Shown piece after piece: positions 1 to 9,984 of a stretch of 64,000 nucleotides of DNA. The notes below the pieces were generated by a model. It saw only the letters and a list, made by a program, of their open reading frames with translations, had not been told where the DNA came from and did not search any database. Source of the DNA: Angustibacter luteus. Lineage in GTDB: Bacteria; Actinomycetota; Actinomycetes; Actinomycetales; Angustibacteraceae. Position numbers and translations under genes: made by a program. Position 1 is the first letter of the stretch, and every line of letters begins with the position of its first letter. The stretch spans positions 372,001 to 436,000 of the forward strand of contig NZ_BAABFP010000002.1 of assembly GCF_039541115.1 (NCBI RefSeq), written 5' to 3'.

Positions 1-525
1 CGGCCCGGTGACGATGGTGAACGTGGTCAGCCAGGCGTCCGGGTCGTCGTCCGGCACGGCGTCGTTGCGCCAGAACTCGTACAGGCCGCCGAAGACCAGC
101 CGGTCACCGCCGGCGAGGTGGGTGAAGAACGGCTGCTTGCGCGGTTTGCCCTTCACGTCCAGCGCGGTCGGGCTGGTCTGCCACTCGTACCAGCCGTCCG
201 CGGGCACCAGGCAGCGCCGGGCTGCCGCCGCCCGCTTGAAGCCCGGCTTGTCGAACAGCGACTCGACCCGCGCGTTGATCATCCGGCTGCCGATCTTCGG
301 GTCCTTGGCCCAGGACGGCACCAGGCCCCAGGTCAGCAGCCGCAGCTGGCGCACCGGTGGCGCGGAGCGGTCCGACCGCGGCGGACGCTCGAGCACGACC
401 GGCACCTGGTGCGTCGGCGCCACGTTGTAGTCGGGCAGCACCGCTCCACCCGTCTCGTCGGACTCGATCTCGAGCTCCTCGACGAGGTCGTCCGGGTTGG
501 CGCTCGCCGCGTACCTGCCGCACAT
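1..525 (-). CDS. SOS response-associated peptidase (SRAP/HMCES/YedK family), 3' end truncated by window edge
   Basis: Own translation from ATG at 525: MCGRY...YNVAPT...WGLVPSWAKDPKIGSRMINARVES...RRCLVPADGWYEW; catalytic Cys2 and family motifs. Absent from the ORF track because the stop lies outside the window. Confidence 0.93.
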   Translation of the reverse strand, partial: MCGRYAASANPDDLVEELEIESDETGGAVLPDYNVAPTHQVPVVLERPPRSDRSAPPVRQLRLLTWGLVPSWAKDPKIGSRMINARVESLFDKPGFKRAAAARRCLVPADGWYEWQTSPTALDVKGKPRKQPFFTHLAGGDRLVFGGLYEFWRNDAVPDDDPDAWLTTFTIVTGP

Positions 526-619
526 GGGGCCAGCCTGCCACCACCCGCCGACACCCCCGGGTCGCGCCGACCGGCCCGGCTGGGCAGGATGGGACCCGTC
601 CGCGACCCGGGGAGGCCCC

Positions 620-1189
620 ATGTCCGTCGTTCGCCGCATCGCCCGCCCACTGCTGGCCCTGACGTTCGTCGACGGCGGCTGGGACAGCTTCCGGCACCCG
701 GCGGAGAAGGCCAAGAAGGCCGCCCCCGTGCTCGAGAAGGTCGCGCCGGTGCTCGGCCTGCCGAACGACCCGGAGATGCTGGTCCGGGCGAACGGGCTGG
801 CCATGATGGGCGCCGGCGTCCTGTTCGCCACCAACCGCGCCCCGCGCACGAGCGCGCTCGTGCTGGCGGCGACGCTGGTGCCGACGACCGTGGCCGGGCA
901 CCCGTTCTGGGAGGCCGACGACCCGGCCACCAAGCGGCAGCAGCGGCTGCACTTCTTCAAGAACCTCGGCATGCTCGGCGGTCTGCTCCTGGCGATCGTG
1001 GACACCGAGGGCAAGCCCGGCCTGAGCTGGCGCGCGCAGCGGGCCGCCAAGGATGCCAAGCGCGCCGCGGGAGCCGCGAAGAAGGACGCCCGACACGCCG
1101 CGCACGACGCCCGCCGGGAGGCCAAGCTCGCCAAGGCGCGGGCCAAGGCGCAGGTCGCCGATGTGCTGCCGGACCTGCCCGGCAGCTGA
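620..1189 (+). CDS. DoxX family membrane protein
   Basis: GGAGG at 611-615 before ATG 620; 'RRIARPLLA...GHPFWE...FFKNLGMLGGLLLA' typical of actinobacterial DoxX; Ala/Lys-rich tail. Confidence 0.85.
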   Translation: MSVVRRIARPLLALTFVDGGWDSFRHPAEKAKKAAPVLEKVAPVLGLPNDPEMLVRANGLAMMGAGVLFATNRAPRTSALVLAATLVPTTVAGHPFWEADDPATKRQQRLHFFKNLGMLGGLLLAIVDTEGKPGLSWRAQRAAKDAKRAAGAAKKDARHAAHDARREAKLAKARAKAQVADVLPDLPGS

Positions 1190-1278
1190 CCGCGGCACCT
1201 GACCCCGGCACTGACCCAGGCCCGACCTCGGCGGGACCGGGTTAGACGCGGTCCGCTCGACCCGCGAGACTGTCGGGC

Positions 1279-2580
1279 ATGAGCGCCGACGCCGTGACCA
1301 CGCCCGTGCGCGACTGGACGGCCCCCGCCGCCACGACCCCGGTGGACAGCGTCGTGGTGGTGCCCGGCAGCAAGTCCCTGACCAACCGGCTGCTCGTGCT
1401 CGCCGCCGTCGCGGAGGGCCCCAGCCGGCTGCGCCGTCCCCTGCGCTCGCGCGACACCCAGCTGATGGCCGACAGCCTGCGCGCGCTCGGTGCCGACGTC
1501 CAGGACGTGCCCGGGACGGACGGTCTCGACTGGCTGATCACGCCCGGGCCGCTGCGCGGCGGCATCCAGGTGGACGCCGGGCTGGCCGGCACCGTGATGC
1601 GCTTCCTGCCTGCGGTCGCGGCGCTCGCCGACGGACCGGTGACGATCGATGGCGACCCCCGGGCCCGCGAACGCCCCATGGCTCCGGTGCTGGATGCGCT
1701 GCGCGCGCTCGGGGTCGAGGTGGACGACGGTGGGCGCGGCGCGCTGCCCTTCACCGTGCGCGGCGCCGGGTCGGTGCCCGGCGGCTCGGTGACCCTGGAC
1801 GCCTCCGCGTCCAGCCAGTTCGTGTCCGGCCTGCTGCTGGCCGCGGCCCGCTTCGAGCGCGGCGTCGTCGTCCACCACGACGGCAAGCCGGTGCCCAGCC
1901 AGCCGCACATCTCGATGACCGTCGAGGTGCTGCGCGACCGGGGCGTCGTCGTGGACGACAGCGAGCCGAACACCTGGCGGGTCGAGCCCGGCACGGTGAG
2001 CGCGTTCGACCTGGACGTCGAGCCCGACCTGTCCACGGCGGCCCCGTTCCTGGCCGCCGCCCTCGTCACCCGCGGGCGGGTGCACGTGGCCGGCTGGCCC
2101 GACCCGACGACCCAGGCCGGCGACGGCCTGCGCGACATCCTGGACGCGATGGGCGCGGACGTCACGTTGGACCGCGACGGCCTGACCGTCGTCGGCAACG
2201 GCCCCATCGAGGGCATCGACGTCGACCTGCACGACGTCGGCGAGCTGACGCCCGTGGTCGCCGCGCTCGCGGCGCTCGCCCAGTCCCCGTCCTGGCTGCG
2301 CGGGGTGGCCCACCTGCGCGGCCACGAGTCCGACCGGCTGGCCGCGCTGGCGACCGAGATCAACGGCCTGGGCGGCGCGGTGACCGAGACGGAGGACGGG
2401 CTGCGGATCCGACCGGCCGCGCTGCACGGTGGGCGCTGGGCGACGTACCACGACCACCGGATGGCGATGGCCGGCGCCGTCGTGGGGCTGGCCGTGCCGG
2501 GGGTGGTCGTCGAGGACGTCGACACGACCGCGAAGACGCTGCCGGACTTCACCGAGCGCTGGGCGCAGCTGCTCGGATGA
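1279..2580 (+). CDS. aroA: 3-phosphoshikimate 1-carboxyvinyltransferase (EPSP synthase)
   Basis: [42 protein letters not shown] motifs. Confidence 0.98.
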   Translation: MSADAVTTPVRDWTAPAATTPVDSVVVVPGSKSLTNRLLVLAAVAEGPSRLRRPLRSRDTQLMADSLRALGADVQDVPGTDGLDWLITPGPLRGGIQVDAGLAGTVMRFLPAVAALADGPVTIDGDPRARERPMAPVLDALRALGVEVDDGGRGALPFTVRGAGSVPGGSVTLDASASSQFVSGLLLAAARFERGVVVHHDGKPVPSQPHISMTVEVLRDRGVVVDDSEPNTWRVEPGTVSAFDLDVEPDLSTAAPFLAAALVTRGRVHVAGWPDPTTQAGDGLRDILDAMGADVTLDRDGLTVVGNGPIEGIDVDLHDVGELTPVVAALAALAQSPSWLRGVAHLRGHESDRLAALATEINGLGGAVTETEDGLRIRPAALHGGRWATYHDHRMAMAGAVVGLAVPGVVVEDVDTTAKTLPDFTERWAQLLG

Positions 2581-2587
2581 GGCAGAC

Positions 2588-3643
2588 GTGAGCCGGCGCG
2601 GCGCCCGCGACTACGACGAGGACGACGTCCGCGTGCGGCCCTCGCGCAAGGGCACCCGTCCGCGGACGAAGGACCGGCCCAGCCACGAGGACGCCGAGTC
2701 CGGGCTGGTGGTCGGCGTCGACCGCGGTCGCTACACCCTGCTGGTCGGGTCGGGCGCGGACGAGCGCGCGGTGCTGTCGATGAAGGCCCGCGAGCTGGGT
2801 CGCAAGAGCATCGTGATCGGCGACGAGGTCGCGCTGGTCGGCGACACCAGCGGTGAGCCCGACTCGTTGGCCCGGATCGTGCGGGTCGAGGCGCGGCGCA
2901 CGGTGCTGCGGCGCACGGCCGACGACACCGACCCGTACGAGCGGATCATCGTGGCGAACGCGGACCAGCTCGCCGTGGTGACGGCGCTGGCCGAGCCCGA
3001 GCCGCGCCCGCGGATGGTCGACCGCTGCCTGGTCGCCGCCTACGACGCCGGGCTGCAGCCGTTGCTGGTGCTCACCAAGGCGGACCTCGCGGACCCGGCG
3101 CCGTTCCTGGGCAGCTACGCCCCGCTCGACGTGCCCTACGTCGTGACCCAGGTCGAGGCGGACGGCACGATCGTCGGTCTGGACGAGGTGCGGGACCGGC
3201 TGCGCGGGCGGCGCAGCGTGTTCGTCGGGCACTCGGGGGTCGGCAAGTCCACGCTGGTCAACTCGCTGGTGCCCGGCGCGTTCCGCTCGGTCGGCGTGGT
3301 GAACGAGGTCACCGGTCGCGGGCGGCACACGTCGACGTCCGCGGTGGCGCTGCGGCTGCCCGAGCGCGCCGGCTGGGTCATCGACACCCCCGGGGTGCGC
3401 TCGTTCGGGTTGGCGCACATCGACCTCGCGCGGATCATCAACGCGTTCCCGGACCTGGAACCCGGCACGGCGGACTGCCCGCGCGGGTGCACCCACGACG
3501 AGCCCGAGTGCGCGCTGGACGCCTGGGTCGAGGGCGGGCACGCCGGGCCGGCCGGTCGGTCCCGCCTGGACTCGCTGCGGCGGGTGCTGCGGGCGCGGAC
3601 CGGGACGACGTCCGGCTCCGGGCCCGACGACGACCTCGACTGA
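2588..3643 (+). CDS. rsgA: Ribosome small subunit-dependent GTPase A
   Basis: Circularly permuted G motifs TKAD, GHSGVGKS, GRHTST, DTPG; Zn knuckle CPRGCTHDEPEC; directly follows aroA; GTG start inferred. Confidence 0.96.
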   Translation: MSRRGARDYDEDDVRVRPSRKGTRPRTKDRPSHEDAESGLVVGVDRGRYTLLVGSGADERAVLSMKARELGRKSIVIGDEVALVGDTSGEPDSLARIVRVEARRTVLRRTADDTDPYERIIVANADQLAVVTALAEPEPRPRMVDRCLVAAYDAGLQPLLVLTKADLADPAPFLGSYAPLDVPYVVTQVEADGTIVGLDEVRDRLRGRRSVFVGHSGVGKSTLVNSLVPGAFRSVGVVNEVTGRGRHTSTSAVALRLPERAGWVIDTPGVRSFGLAHIDLARIINAFPDLEPGTADCPRGCTHDEPECALDAWVEGGHAGPAGRSRLDSLRRVLRARTGTTSGSGPDDDLD

Positions 3644-3750
3644 CGGCACCATCCGCGCTCCCCGCGCACATGTCGGGCTATCCGGGGTCATCTCGCGCCC
3701 TTGAGGCCGCATAGGCCGACATTCGGGGTGACGACGTCGGTGAGGTGGGG

Positions 3751-4206
3751 CTAGGGGGTCGTGTTGGTGACGATGTCGTGCCAGACCGCGTTCGAGCCGG
3801 CCTCGCCGGTCCGGATCACCCACCCCGTGGCCGCGACCGCACCGACGACCGCCAGGACGGCCACGACCGTCGGGACCGGCGCGTTGGCGTTGCGCGCCAG
3901 GGCCACCAGCACCGAGGCGAGCAGCAGGCCGAGGGCGAACCAGAGCATCTGGTCACCGAGCTTGAGGTGGTGCTCGATGGCCGGGGTGCTGCCGACCCGC
4001 TCGAGCAGCTTGTTGCCGCTCAGCTGGGCGACCTTGACCAGCACCACGATGCCGACGTTGCCCACCACCACCCACCACGCCGCCTTGGCTCGCCAGCGCG
4101 GGATCCAGGCCACCAGCACGGTCGCCACCGCCATCAGCGGGACGAGCACGACCACGGCGTGGATGACCAGGATGTGCACGGGCAGGCCGCGAAAGGTGTC
4201 GAACAC
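3751..4206 (-). CDS. DUF2231-like membrane protein
   Basis: GLPVHILVIHAVVVLVP, four TM segments, C-terminal GEAGSNAVW. Confidence 0.75.
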   Translation of the reverse strand: MFDTFRGLPVHILVIHAVVVLVPLMAVATVLVAWIPRWRAKAAWWVVVGNVGIVVLVKVAQLSGNKLLERVGSTPAIEHHLKLGDQMLWFALGLLLASVLVALARNANAPVPTVVAVLAVVGAVAATGWVIRTGEAGSNAVWHDIVTNTTP

Positions 4207-4290
4207 GTCGTCCTCCTCGTCGGGGGCAGCACCGACTGGGGACGATCATGCCGCCAGCCACCCTGGACACGGCGCGGACGCGCGGACGGT

Positions 4291-4635
4291 TCAGTCCGCG
4301 CCGCCCCGTGGCTCGTCCCCCAGCTCGTCCAGCAGGACGACGGTGCCGCCGCTGCGCCAGTAGATGCTGTCCGCGCGGGTCAGGAACTCCTCGTCGACCA
4401 GGTAGCGGCGCAGCGCGGCGACGTCCGGGTGGAACGCGCGCAGCAGCGCGTTGACGTCGCGCTCGGGATAGCGCACCCCGACGTCGAACACCTGGGAGAT
4501 CTGGTCCAGCAGCACGATCCGCTTGGACCGCCGCGCCGGGATGGACCGCAGCGACCCGTCCGCTCGCACGAACGCCCGCAGCACGGCCTCGCGCCGCGCG
4601 TCGTCGTCCGGTTCCTGGCGCGCCACGTCCAGCAC
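4291..4635 (-). CDS. DUF2087 domain protein
   Basis: 'IPARRSKR...YPERDVNALL...DVAALRRYLVDEEFLTR...YWR' pattern. Confidence 0.8.
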   Translation of the reverse strand: MLDVARQEPDDDARREAVLRAFVRADGSLRSIPARRSKRIVLLDQISQVFDVGVRYPERDVNALLRAFHPDVAALRRYLVDEEFLTRADSIYWRSGGTVVLLDELGDEPRGGAD

Positions 4636-4679
4636 GCTACGTCAGCCGCCGTGGCCCGGCCAGGCGGTAGGTTGCCAGC

Positions 4680-5489
4680 GTGCCGACCTACGACGACGAC
4701 CTCCGGCTGGCGCACGTCGTCGCCGACCAGGTCGACGCGCTGACGCTCGACCGCTTCCGCTCCGCCGACCTGCGGGTGGAGACCAAGCCCGACCTGACAC
4801 CGGTCTCGGACGCCGACCTGCGGGCCGAGGAGCTGGTGCGCAGCCAGCTGAAGCGCACCCGTCCGCGCGACGCGGTGCACGGCGAGGAGATGGAGACGAC
4901 GGGCCACGGTCCGCGGCGCTGGGTGATCGACCCCATCGACGGCACCAAGAACTTCGTCCGCGGCGTCCCGGTGTGGGCCACCCTGATCGCCCTGGTGGAC
5001 GACGACCAGCCGGTGCTCGGGCTGGTCTCGGCGCCGGCGCTGCAACGGCGGTGGTGGGCGGCGGTCGGCTCCGGCGCCTGGAGCGGGCGCAGCCTGTCGC
5101 AGGCGAGCCGGCTCGCCGTGTCGGCGGTGGGCGCGGTGGCGGACGCGTCGCTGTCGTACTCCAGCCTCGGTGGGTGGCGGGACGCTGGACGCGCGGAGGC
5201 GTTCGGTGCGCTCTGCGACCGGTGCTGGCGGACCCGCGCGTACGGCGACTTCTGGTCCTACATGCTGGTTGCCGAGGGCGCCGTCGACATCGCCTGCGAG
5301 CCCGAGCTCGCGCTCTACGACATGGCGGCCCTGGTGCCGATCGTCACCGAGGCGGGTGGCCGGTTCACCTCGCTGGACGGCGATCCCGGGCCGTGGGGCG
5401 GCAACGCGGTCGCCACCAACGGGCTGCTGCACGACGAGGTGCTCGCCGCGCTCGCTCAGCCGACCGGCACCGGCTCGCTCGACGGCTGA
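4680..5489 (+). CDS. hisN: Histidinol-phosphatase (inositol monophosphatase family)
   Basis: KPDLTPVSDAD, GEE, WVIDPIDGTKNFVRGVPVWATLI, RAYGDFWSY, YDMAA. Confidence 0.93.
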   Translation: MPTYDDDLRLAHVVADQVDALTLDRFRSADLRVETKPDLTPVSDADLRAEELVRSQLKRTRPRDAVHGEEMETTGHGPRRWVIDPIDGTKNFVRGVPVWATLIALVDDDQPVLGLVSAPALQRRWWAAVGSGAWSGRSLSQASRLAVSAVGAVADASLSYSSLGGWRDAGRAEAFGALCDRCWRTRAYGDFWSYMLVAEGAVDIACEPELALYDMAALVPIVTEAGGRFTSLDGDPGPWGGNAVATNGLLHDEVLAALAQPTGTGSLDG

Positions 5490-6703
5490 TCGATCCGGGT
5501 CAGCGTCCGGACGCTGCGACTGCACAGCGCGAACCCGGTGGCGGCGAGGATGAGCCCCGCGCAGCCCGCGAGGGTGACGGACACCCCGACGGCGTGCGCG
5601 ATCGGCCCGACCAGCACCTCCCCCAGCGGCATCGCGATGAACGAGCCGACGGCGTCGTAGGAGTACACCCGGGCCAGCTTCTGCGGCGGGATGTTCTGCT
5701 GCATCGAGACGTCCCAGGCCACCCCGAACTGCTCGAGCGCGACGCCGGTGAGGAACAGCGCCAGCGCGAGCGCGGGCAGCGTCGGCAGGTAGCCCAGGGC
5801 GAGCAGCGGCAGGGCGGTGACGGGGCTGAGCAGGACCCCCAACCGCAAGGCGCGCCGGGGCTGCCAGCGCAGGGCGACCAGGCCGCCGACGAGCATGCCG
5901 CAGGTCGACGCGGCCAGCGCGATACCCCAGGACCGGCGTCCGATGCTGTCGTCGGCGACCGCGGGGCCGAGCACCGCGATCCCGCCGGTGTACGCGGCGT
6001 TGATCAGCATGGCGGAGACGACGATCACCCAGACCCACGTGCGGCTGACGAACTCGCTCCAGCCCTCGCGCAGCTGCGACAGCGTGCTGGGTGGCGCGTC
6101 CGTCCCCCGCTCGAGGTCCGGCACCCGGATGCGGGAGTAGCAGGTGGCGGCCAGCGCGAACGTGATCGCGTCGGCGGCGATCCCCCAGCCCGGACCCACC
6201 GCGGCCACCAGGATGCCGCCCGCCGCCGTCCCGCCGATCATCGCGGTGTTGATGGCGATCCGCAGGACCGCGTTGGCCTGGCGCAGCAGGGTGACGGGCA
6301 CGGTCTGCGGGGTGAGCGCGGCGGCGGCCGGGAAGGACATGCCGGCCACTGCGCCGTTCACCACACTGAGCAGCATGAGCAGCGGGATGGTGGCGGTGTC
6401 GGTCAGCACCAGCGCGGCCACCACGGCCTGCGTGCCGGCCGCCGCGAACGACGAGCCGCGCAGCACGAGCGCGCGGGGCAACCGGTCGGCGAGGACACCG
6501 CCGAACAGCAGCAGCAGGACGTTCGCCAGTGATCGGGCGCCGACCACCAGGCCGAGGTCGGCGACCGAGCCGGTGAGGTCGAGGACGGCGAACGCGAGCG
6601 CCACCGGGGCGACCGCGTTGCCCAGGTAGCCGGTGAACCGTCCGCTCAGCAGCCAGCGGAAGTTCTTGTGCTGCAACGGCTCCAGGGCTGGGGCGCGGCT
6701 CAT
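5456..6703 (-). CDS. MFS transporter (H+ antiporter/DHA3-like)
   Basis: About 12 TM, GGVLADRLPR motif A; ATG 6703 overlaps the stop of the upstream HTH gene. Confidence 0.88.
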   Translation of the reverse strand: MSRAPALEPLQHKNFRWLLSGRFTGYLGNAVAPVALAFAVLDLTGSVADLGLVVGARSLANVLLLLFGGVLADRLPRALVLRGSSFAAAGTQAVVAALVLTDTATIPLLMLLSVVNGAVAGMSFPAAAALTPQTVPVTLLRQANAVLRIAINTAMIGGTAAGGILVAAVGPGWGIAADAITFALAATCYSRIRVPDLERGTDAPPSTLSQLREGWSEFVSRTWVWVIVVSAMLINAAYTGGIAVLGPAVADDSIGRRSWGIALAASTCGMLVGGLVALRWQPRRALRLGVLLSPVTALPLLALGYLPTLPALALALFLTGVALEQFGVAWDVSMQQNIPPQKLARVYSYDAVGSFIAMPLGEVLVGPIAHAVGVSVTLAGCAGLILAATGFALCSRSVRTLTRIDQPSSEPVPVG

Positions 6704-7239
6704 GCCGGATCCTGGCTCGACGGGTCGGGGCTCGGCACCATGGTGAACATGGACACGGTGGTGCTGGTGCGCACCGTCCCTGGCGTCCGCGGGGGGCGCG
6801 CCGCGTCGTGCAGCTCGGTCATCGCGAGGGTCACCCGGTCGCAGATGTCGCGCCACAGGTCGGGGTCGACCCACAGCTCGGCGTCCGTCATCGGCGCCGG
6901 GCGGCCGGCGTCGCGCAGCATGGTGCGTCGGCGGAGCTCCTCGCTCAGGGCGGCGGCCATCGCCAGCCGGTCGCTCGGCTCCGGGCCGGACAGCCGGTTG
7001 CCCGTCGAGGGGTTGTGCCGGTAGCGCTTGGCCCGCCCACCGCGGACCGAGACCTCCTCGGCCACGTCGAGCAGGCGCGCGTCGTACAGCTGGCGCAGGT
7101 GGTAGCTGGCGTTCGCCTGGGTGCCGCCGAGCTCGCGCGCGACCTCGGCCGCGCTCATGGGAGCCCCGGTCAGCAGCGACAGGATCTGCAGCCGCAGCGG
7201 GTGCGCGAAGGCGCGCAGCGGGATCTCGTGCTCGGGCAT
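6700..7239 (-). CDS. ArsR-like winged helix-turn-helix regulator
   Basis: LRAFAHPLRLQILSLL...SAAEVARELG...ASYHLRQL; probably leaderless ATG 7239. Confidence 0.85.
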   Translation of the reverse strand: MPEHEIPLRAFAHPLRLQILSLLTGAPMSAAEVARELGGTQANASYHLRQLYDARLLDVAEEVSVRGGRAKRYRHNPSTGNRLSGPEPSDRLAMAAALSEELRRRTMLRDAGRPAPMTDAELWVDPDLWRDICDRVTLAMTELHDAARPPRTPGTVRTSTTVSMFTMVPSPDPSSQDPA

Positions 7240-7245
7240 GAGAGC

Positions 7246-7274
7246 AGTCTGCAGAGGATGGGCTCGACTGTCAA
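7246..7274 (-). promoter_or_regulatory. Sigma70-type promoter of the HTH-MFS operon (TTGACA-17-CAGACT), likely leaderless
   Basis: Minus-strand TTGACA 7274-7269, 17 nt spacer, CAGACT 7251-7246, ATG 6 nt downstream. Confidence 0.6.
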
Positions 7275-7311
7275 ACACTTCTTTGGGGGTTGGCCTGGCA
7301 TCATCGTCGCC

Positions 7312-7518
7312 ATGGAAGACGTGGTGGTCGACGAGGGCGGCATCCGGCTGGGGCAGTTCCTGAAGCTCGCCGGACTGGCCGAGAGCGGAGCCGACGCTAA
7401 GGGCCTGCTCTCCGCCGGACTGGTCTCGGTGAACGACCAGGGCGAGTCCCGCCGCGGGCGCCAGCTCGAGCGCGGGGACGTCGTCCGCTGCGCGGGTCGC
7501 GCCGTCCGGGTCGCCTGA
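7312..7518 (+). CDS. RNA-binding S4 domain protein (YaaA/YbcJ-like)
   Basis: MEDVVVDEGGIRLGQFLKLAGLAESGADAK...VSVNDQGESRRGRQL, 68 aa. Confidence 0.9.
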   Translation: MEDVVVDEGGIRLGQFLKLAGLAESGADAKGLLSAGLVSVNDQGESRRGRQLERGDVVRCAGRAVRVA

Positions 7519-7586
7519 ACGAACGAAATCCTTCGAGTCCGGCCGTTCGGCTCACCCTCGGCGGGTGCGCGGCCGATGATGACAAC

Positions 7587-9230
7587 GTGACCCTGTCCGA
7601 GACCGCCGCGCGCGTCATGACCTTGGCCCAGGACGGCCAGATCGAGGCGGCGCGCACCCTCGCGGACGACGGGCTCGCCGGCTGTGCGGACGCCTCGCTC
7701 TCCGACCAGTCCGCGTTCTGGTACACGGTCGCCGTCCTCGAGCACGTCGACCAGCAGCCGACCGCGATGGTCGCCGCCGCCGACCGGTCCATCGAGCTCG
7801 CGGTCGCCGCCGGCTCCGACGGCTGGGCCGCGAACTCCCGCTCGCTGCGCGCGATGGCCTGGATCCGGCAGGGCCAGGTGGAGCGGGCCCTGCTCGACCT
7901 CGCCCGGTCCGAGGTCGAGCTGGCGGCCTGCGACGACGCGGGGCTGCGCTGCTGGGCGCACACCGGCCTGGGCTACTGCTACCTCGAGATCCGGCTGTAC
8001 GAGCTGGCCCAGCCGCACTTCGAGGCCGCGGCCCGCTTGGACGCCAGCCCGATCCCGCTCCCCTCAGCGCGCACCATCGACCTGATGAACCTGGCCGAGC
8101 TGCACCTGCGCTGGGCCGACGAGCTCGAGCGGGTCGTGGAGCGCGACCAGACCGGTTCCGACCCGGGCTTCGGCGACGACGAGACGGTGGACCGGCACCG
8201 CGCGATCGGCCACGCGCACGCCATCGACGCCGTCGCCTCGGCCCGTGGCGTCGGCGCCCCGTCGCTGCTCGCGGGCGCCCTGGCGATGGAGCTCTGCTCA
8301 CGACCGCTGCGGGACGCCCCGACCTGGTTGCCCCAGATGCGCGAGACGTTCGCCGACCCGGACCACCGCGACCACCAGGGCACCCGCGCGCAGATCGGCG
8401 GCCGGCTGGCCCGTGCCCTGTGGTCCGTCGGCGAGCACGAGCACGCGCTGACCACGGCCCGCGCGTCCGCGGACTACGCCCGCGCCGCCGGGGACTGGCA
8501 GGTGGCCGGCTCCGCGCAGTGGCTGCTCGTCGAGCTCGAGGCACTGGCCGGCGTCCCCGGCGCCGCCGCGGGACGCGAGTACGGCCGGCTGCTCTCCCGG
8601 GTGCTCTGGCAGCAGCGCCTGAGCACCCTGCAGGGCGCAAAGGCGGCGCTGGACGTCGAGCGGTTGCGGCGCGACACCCAGATCGCCCAGCGCGAGGCAG
8701 CGGAGGATCCGCTGACCGGGATCGGCAACCGCCGGGCACTGACCGAGGCGCTGCGCGCGGCCGCCGAACGGTTCGGCGAGGTCGCGCCGGACGTCGGGCA
8801 CCGGCCCTGGCACAGCCTGCTGGTGATCGACCTGGACGGCTTCAAGGCCATCAACGACCTGCACGGACACGTCCTGGGCGACGAGGTGCTGCGGGCCGTG
8901 GCCGCCGCGCTGCGCGGCGCGGCCCGGGCGGAGGACGTCGTCGTCCGGCTCGGTGGCGACGAGTTCGTCGTGCTGGCCCAGGACGCCGACGAGGCCGCCG
9001 GACTGGCGCTGGCGGACCGGATCGCCGAGTCGATCAGCGCCCTGTCCGTCCCCTCTCCCGCCGGTCCGATCACGCTGCGGGCCAGCGTCGGCGTCCGCAC
9101 CACGAGCGCGACCATCGGCCTCGCGGAGCTGCTGGACGAGGCGGACCGGGCCATGTACCGGGTCAAGGCCAGCCACGCCGGCGGGACCGTCCCCACCACG
9201 CGGGCGGACGACGGGCTGCGCGGCGCCTGA
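7587..9230 (+). CDS. Diguanylate cyclase with helical (TPR-like) N-terminal region
   Basis: DPLTGIGNRR, IDLDGFKAINDLHGH, I-site RAED five residues before an intact GGDEF, ADRAMY. Confidence 0.9.
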   Translation: MTLSETAARVMTLAQDGQIEAARTLADDGLAGCADASLSDQSAFWYTVAVLEHVDQQPTAMVAAADRSIELAVAAGSDGWAANSRSLRAMAWIRQGQVERALLDLARSEVELAACDDAGLRCWAHTGLGYCYLEIRLYELAQPHFEAAARLDASPIPLPSARTIDLMNLAELHLRWADELERVVERDQTGSDPGFGDDETVDRHRAIGHAHAIDAVASARGVGAPSLLAGALAMELCSRPLRDAPTWLPQMRETFADPDHRDHQGTRAQIGGRLARALWSVGEHEHALTTARASADYARAAGDWQVAGSAQWLLVELEALAGVPGAAAGREYGRLLSRVLWQQRLSTLQGAKAALDVERLRRDTQIAQREAAEDPLTGIGNRRALTEALRAAAERFGEVAPDVGHRPWHSLLVIDLDGFKAINDLHGHVLGDEVLRAVAAALRGAARAEDVVVRLGGDEFVVLAQDADEAAGLALADRIAESISALSVPSPAGPITLRASVGVRTTSATIGLAELLDEADRAMYRVKASHAGGTVPTTRADDGLRGA

Positions 9231-9317
9231 GCGCTGGACCGTGCCCGACCGCGGGCACGAGCGGTGCGCGGACGGCTGGTCCATCCCACTGTCGGTGGGT
9301 CCTGGCACGGTGGGGAC

Positions 9318-9360
9318 TTGACGATCTCCTCGACCCGCTCCTAATATTCCGCGTGGAATA
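9318..9360 (+). promoter_or_regulatory. Promoter (TTGACG-18-TAATAT) with overlapping palindromic operator TATTCC-N4-GGAATA
   Basis: -35 at 9318-9323, -10 at 9342-9347, inverted repeat 9345-9360 upstream of PadR; autoregulation inferred. Confidence 0.65.
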
Positions 9361-9402
9361 ATCGGCACGGTTCATTCCAGGCGGAGCAACGACGAGCGGG
9401 CG

Positions 9403-9984
9403 GTGGGATACGTGGCCAACGCACTGAACCCCCTCGCCGTCTCCGTACTCGGCCTGCTGCAGGAACGGCCGATGCACCCGTACGAGATGTACCAGTTGCT
9501 GCTCGAGCGGCACGAGGACGAGCTGGTCAAGATCCGCCCGGGCTCGCTGTACCACACGGTCGAGCGGATGGCCGGGCTCGGCCACGTCCGGGCGTGCGGC
9601 ACCGCTCGGTCCGGCAACCGCCCCGAGCGGACGACGTACGAGATCACCTCGACCGGGCGGGCGGCGCTGCGCTGGCGGCTGCTCGAGATGCTGAACGCCC
9701 CCGTCAACGAGTACCCGCAGTTCCCCGTCGCGCTCGGCGAGTCGCACAACCTCAGCAGCGACCAGGTGATCAACCAGCTGACCGAGCGCGCCTCGATGCT
9801 GGACGCCGAGATCACCAAGGCGCGCGAGCTGATCGGGCAGGCCCGCGACCGCGGCGTCCCCGAGCTGTACTGGTTCGCCGCCGACTACCTGCTGACGGTC
9901 AAGACCGCCGAGCGGGACTGGATCCTCAACCTCACCCACCGGATGGAACGCAGGGAGCTGGAATGGCCGAGCGACAGCAAGTAA
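9403..9984 (+). CDS. PadR family transcriptional regulator
   Basis: LGLLQERPMHPYEM...GSLYHTVERM...ERTTYEITSTGR; start may be GTG 9412. Confidence 0.9.
   Translation: MGYVANALNPLAVSVLGLLQERPMHPYEMYQLLLERHEDELVKIRPGSLYHTVERMAGLGHVRACGTARSGNRPERTTYEITSTGRAALRWRLLEMLNAPVNEYPQFPVALGESHNLSSDQVINQLTERASMLDAEITKARELIGQARDRGVPELYWFAADYLLTVKTAERDWILNLTHRMERRELEWPSDSK

Noticed and set aside
1190..1240. Short imperfect direct repeats (CTGACCC..GGC) after DoxX
   Set aside because: Too short and degenerate for GC-rich DNA; no supportable function.
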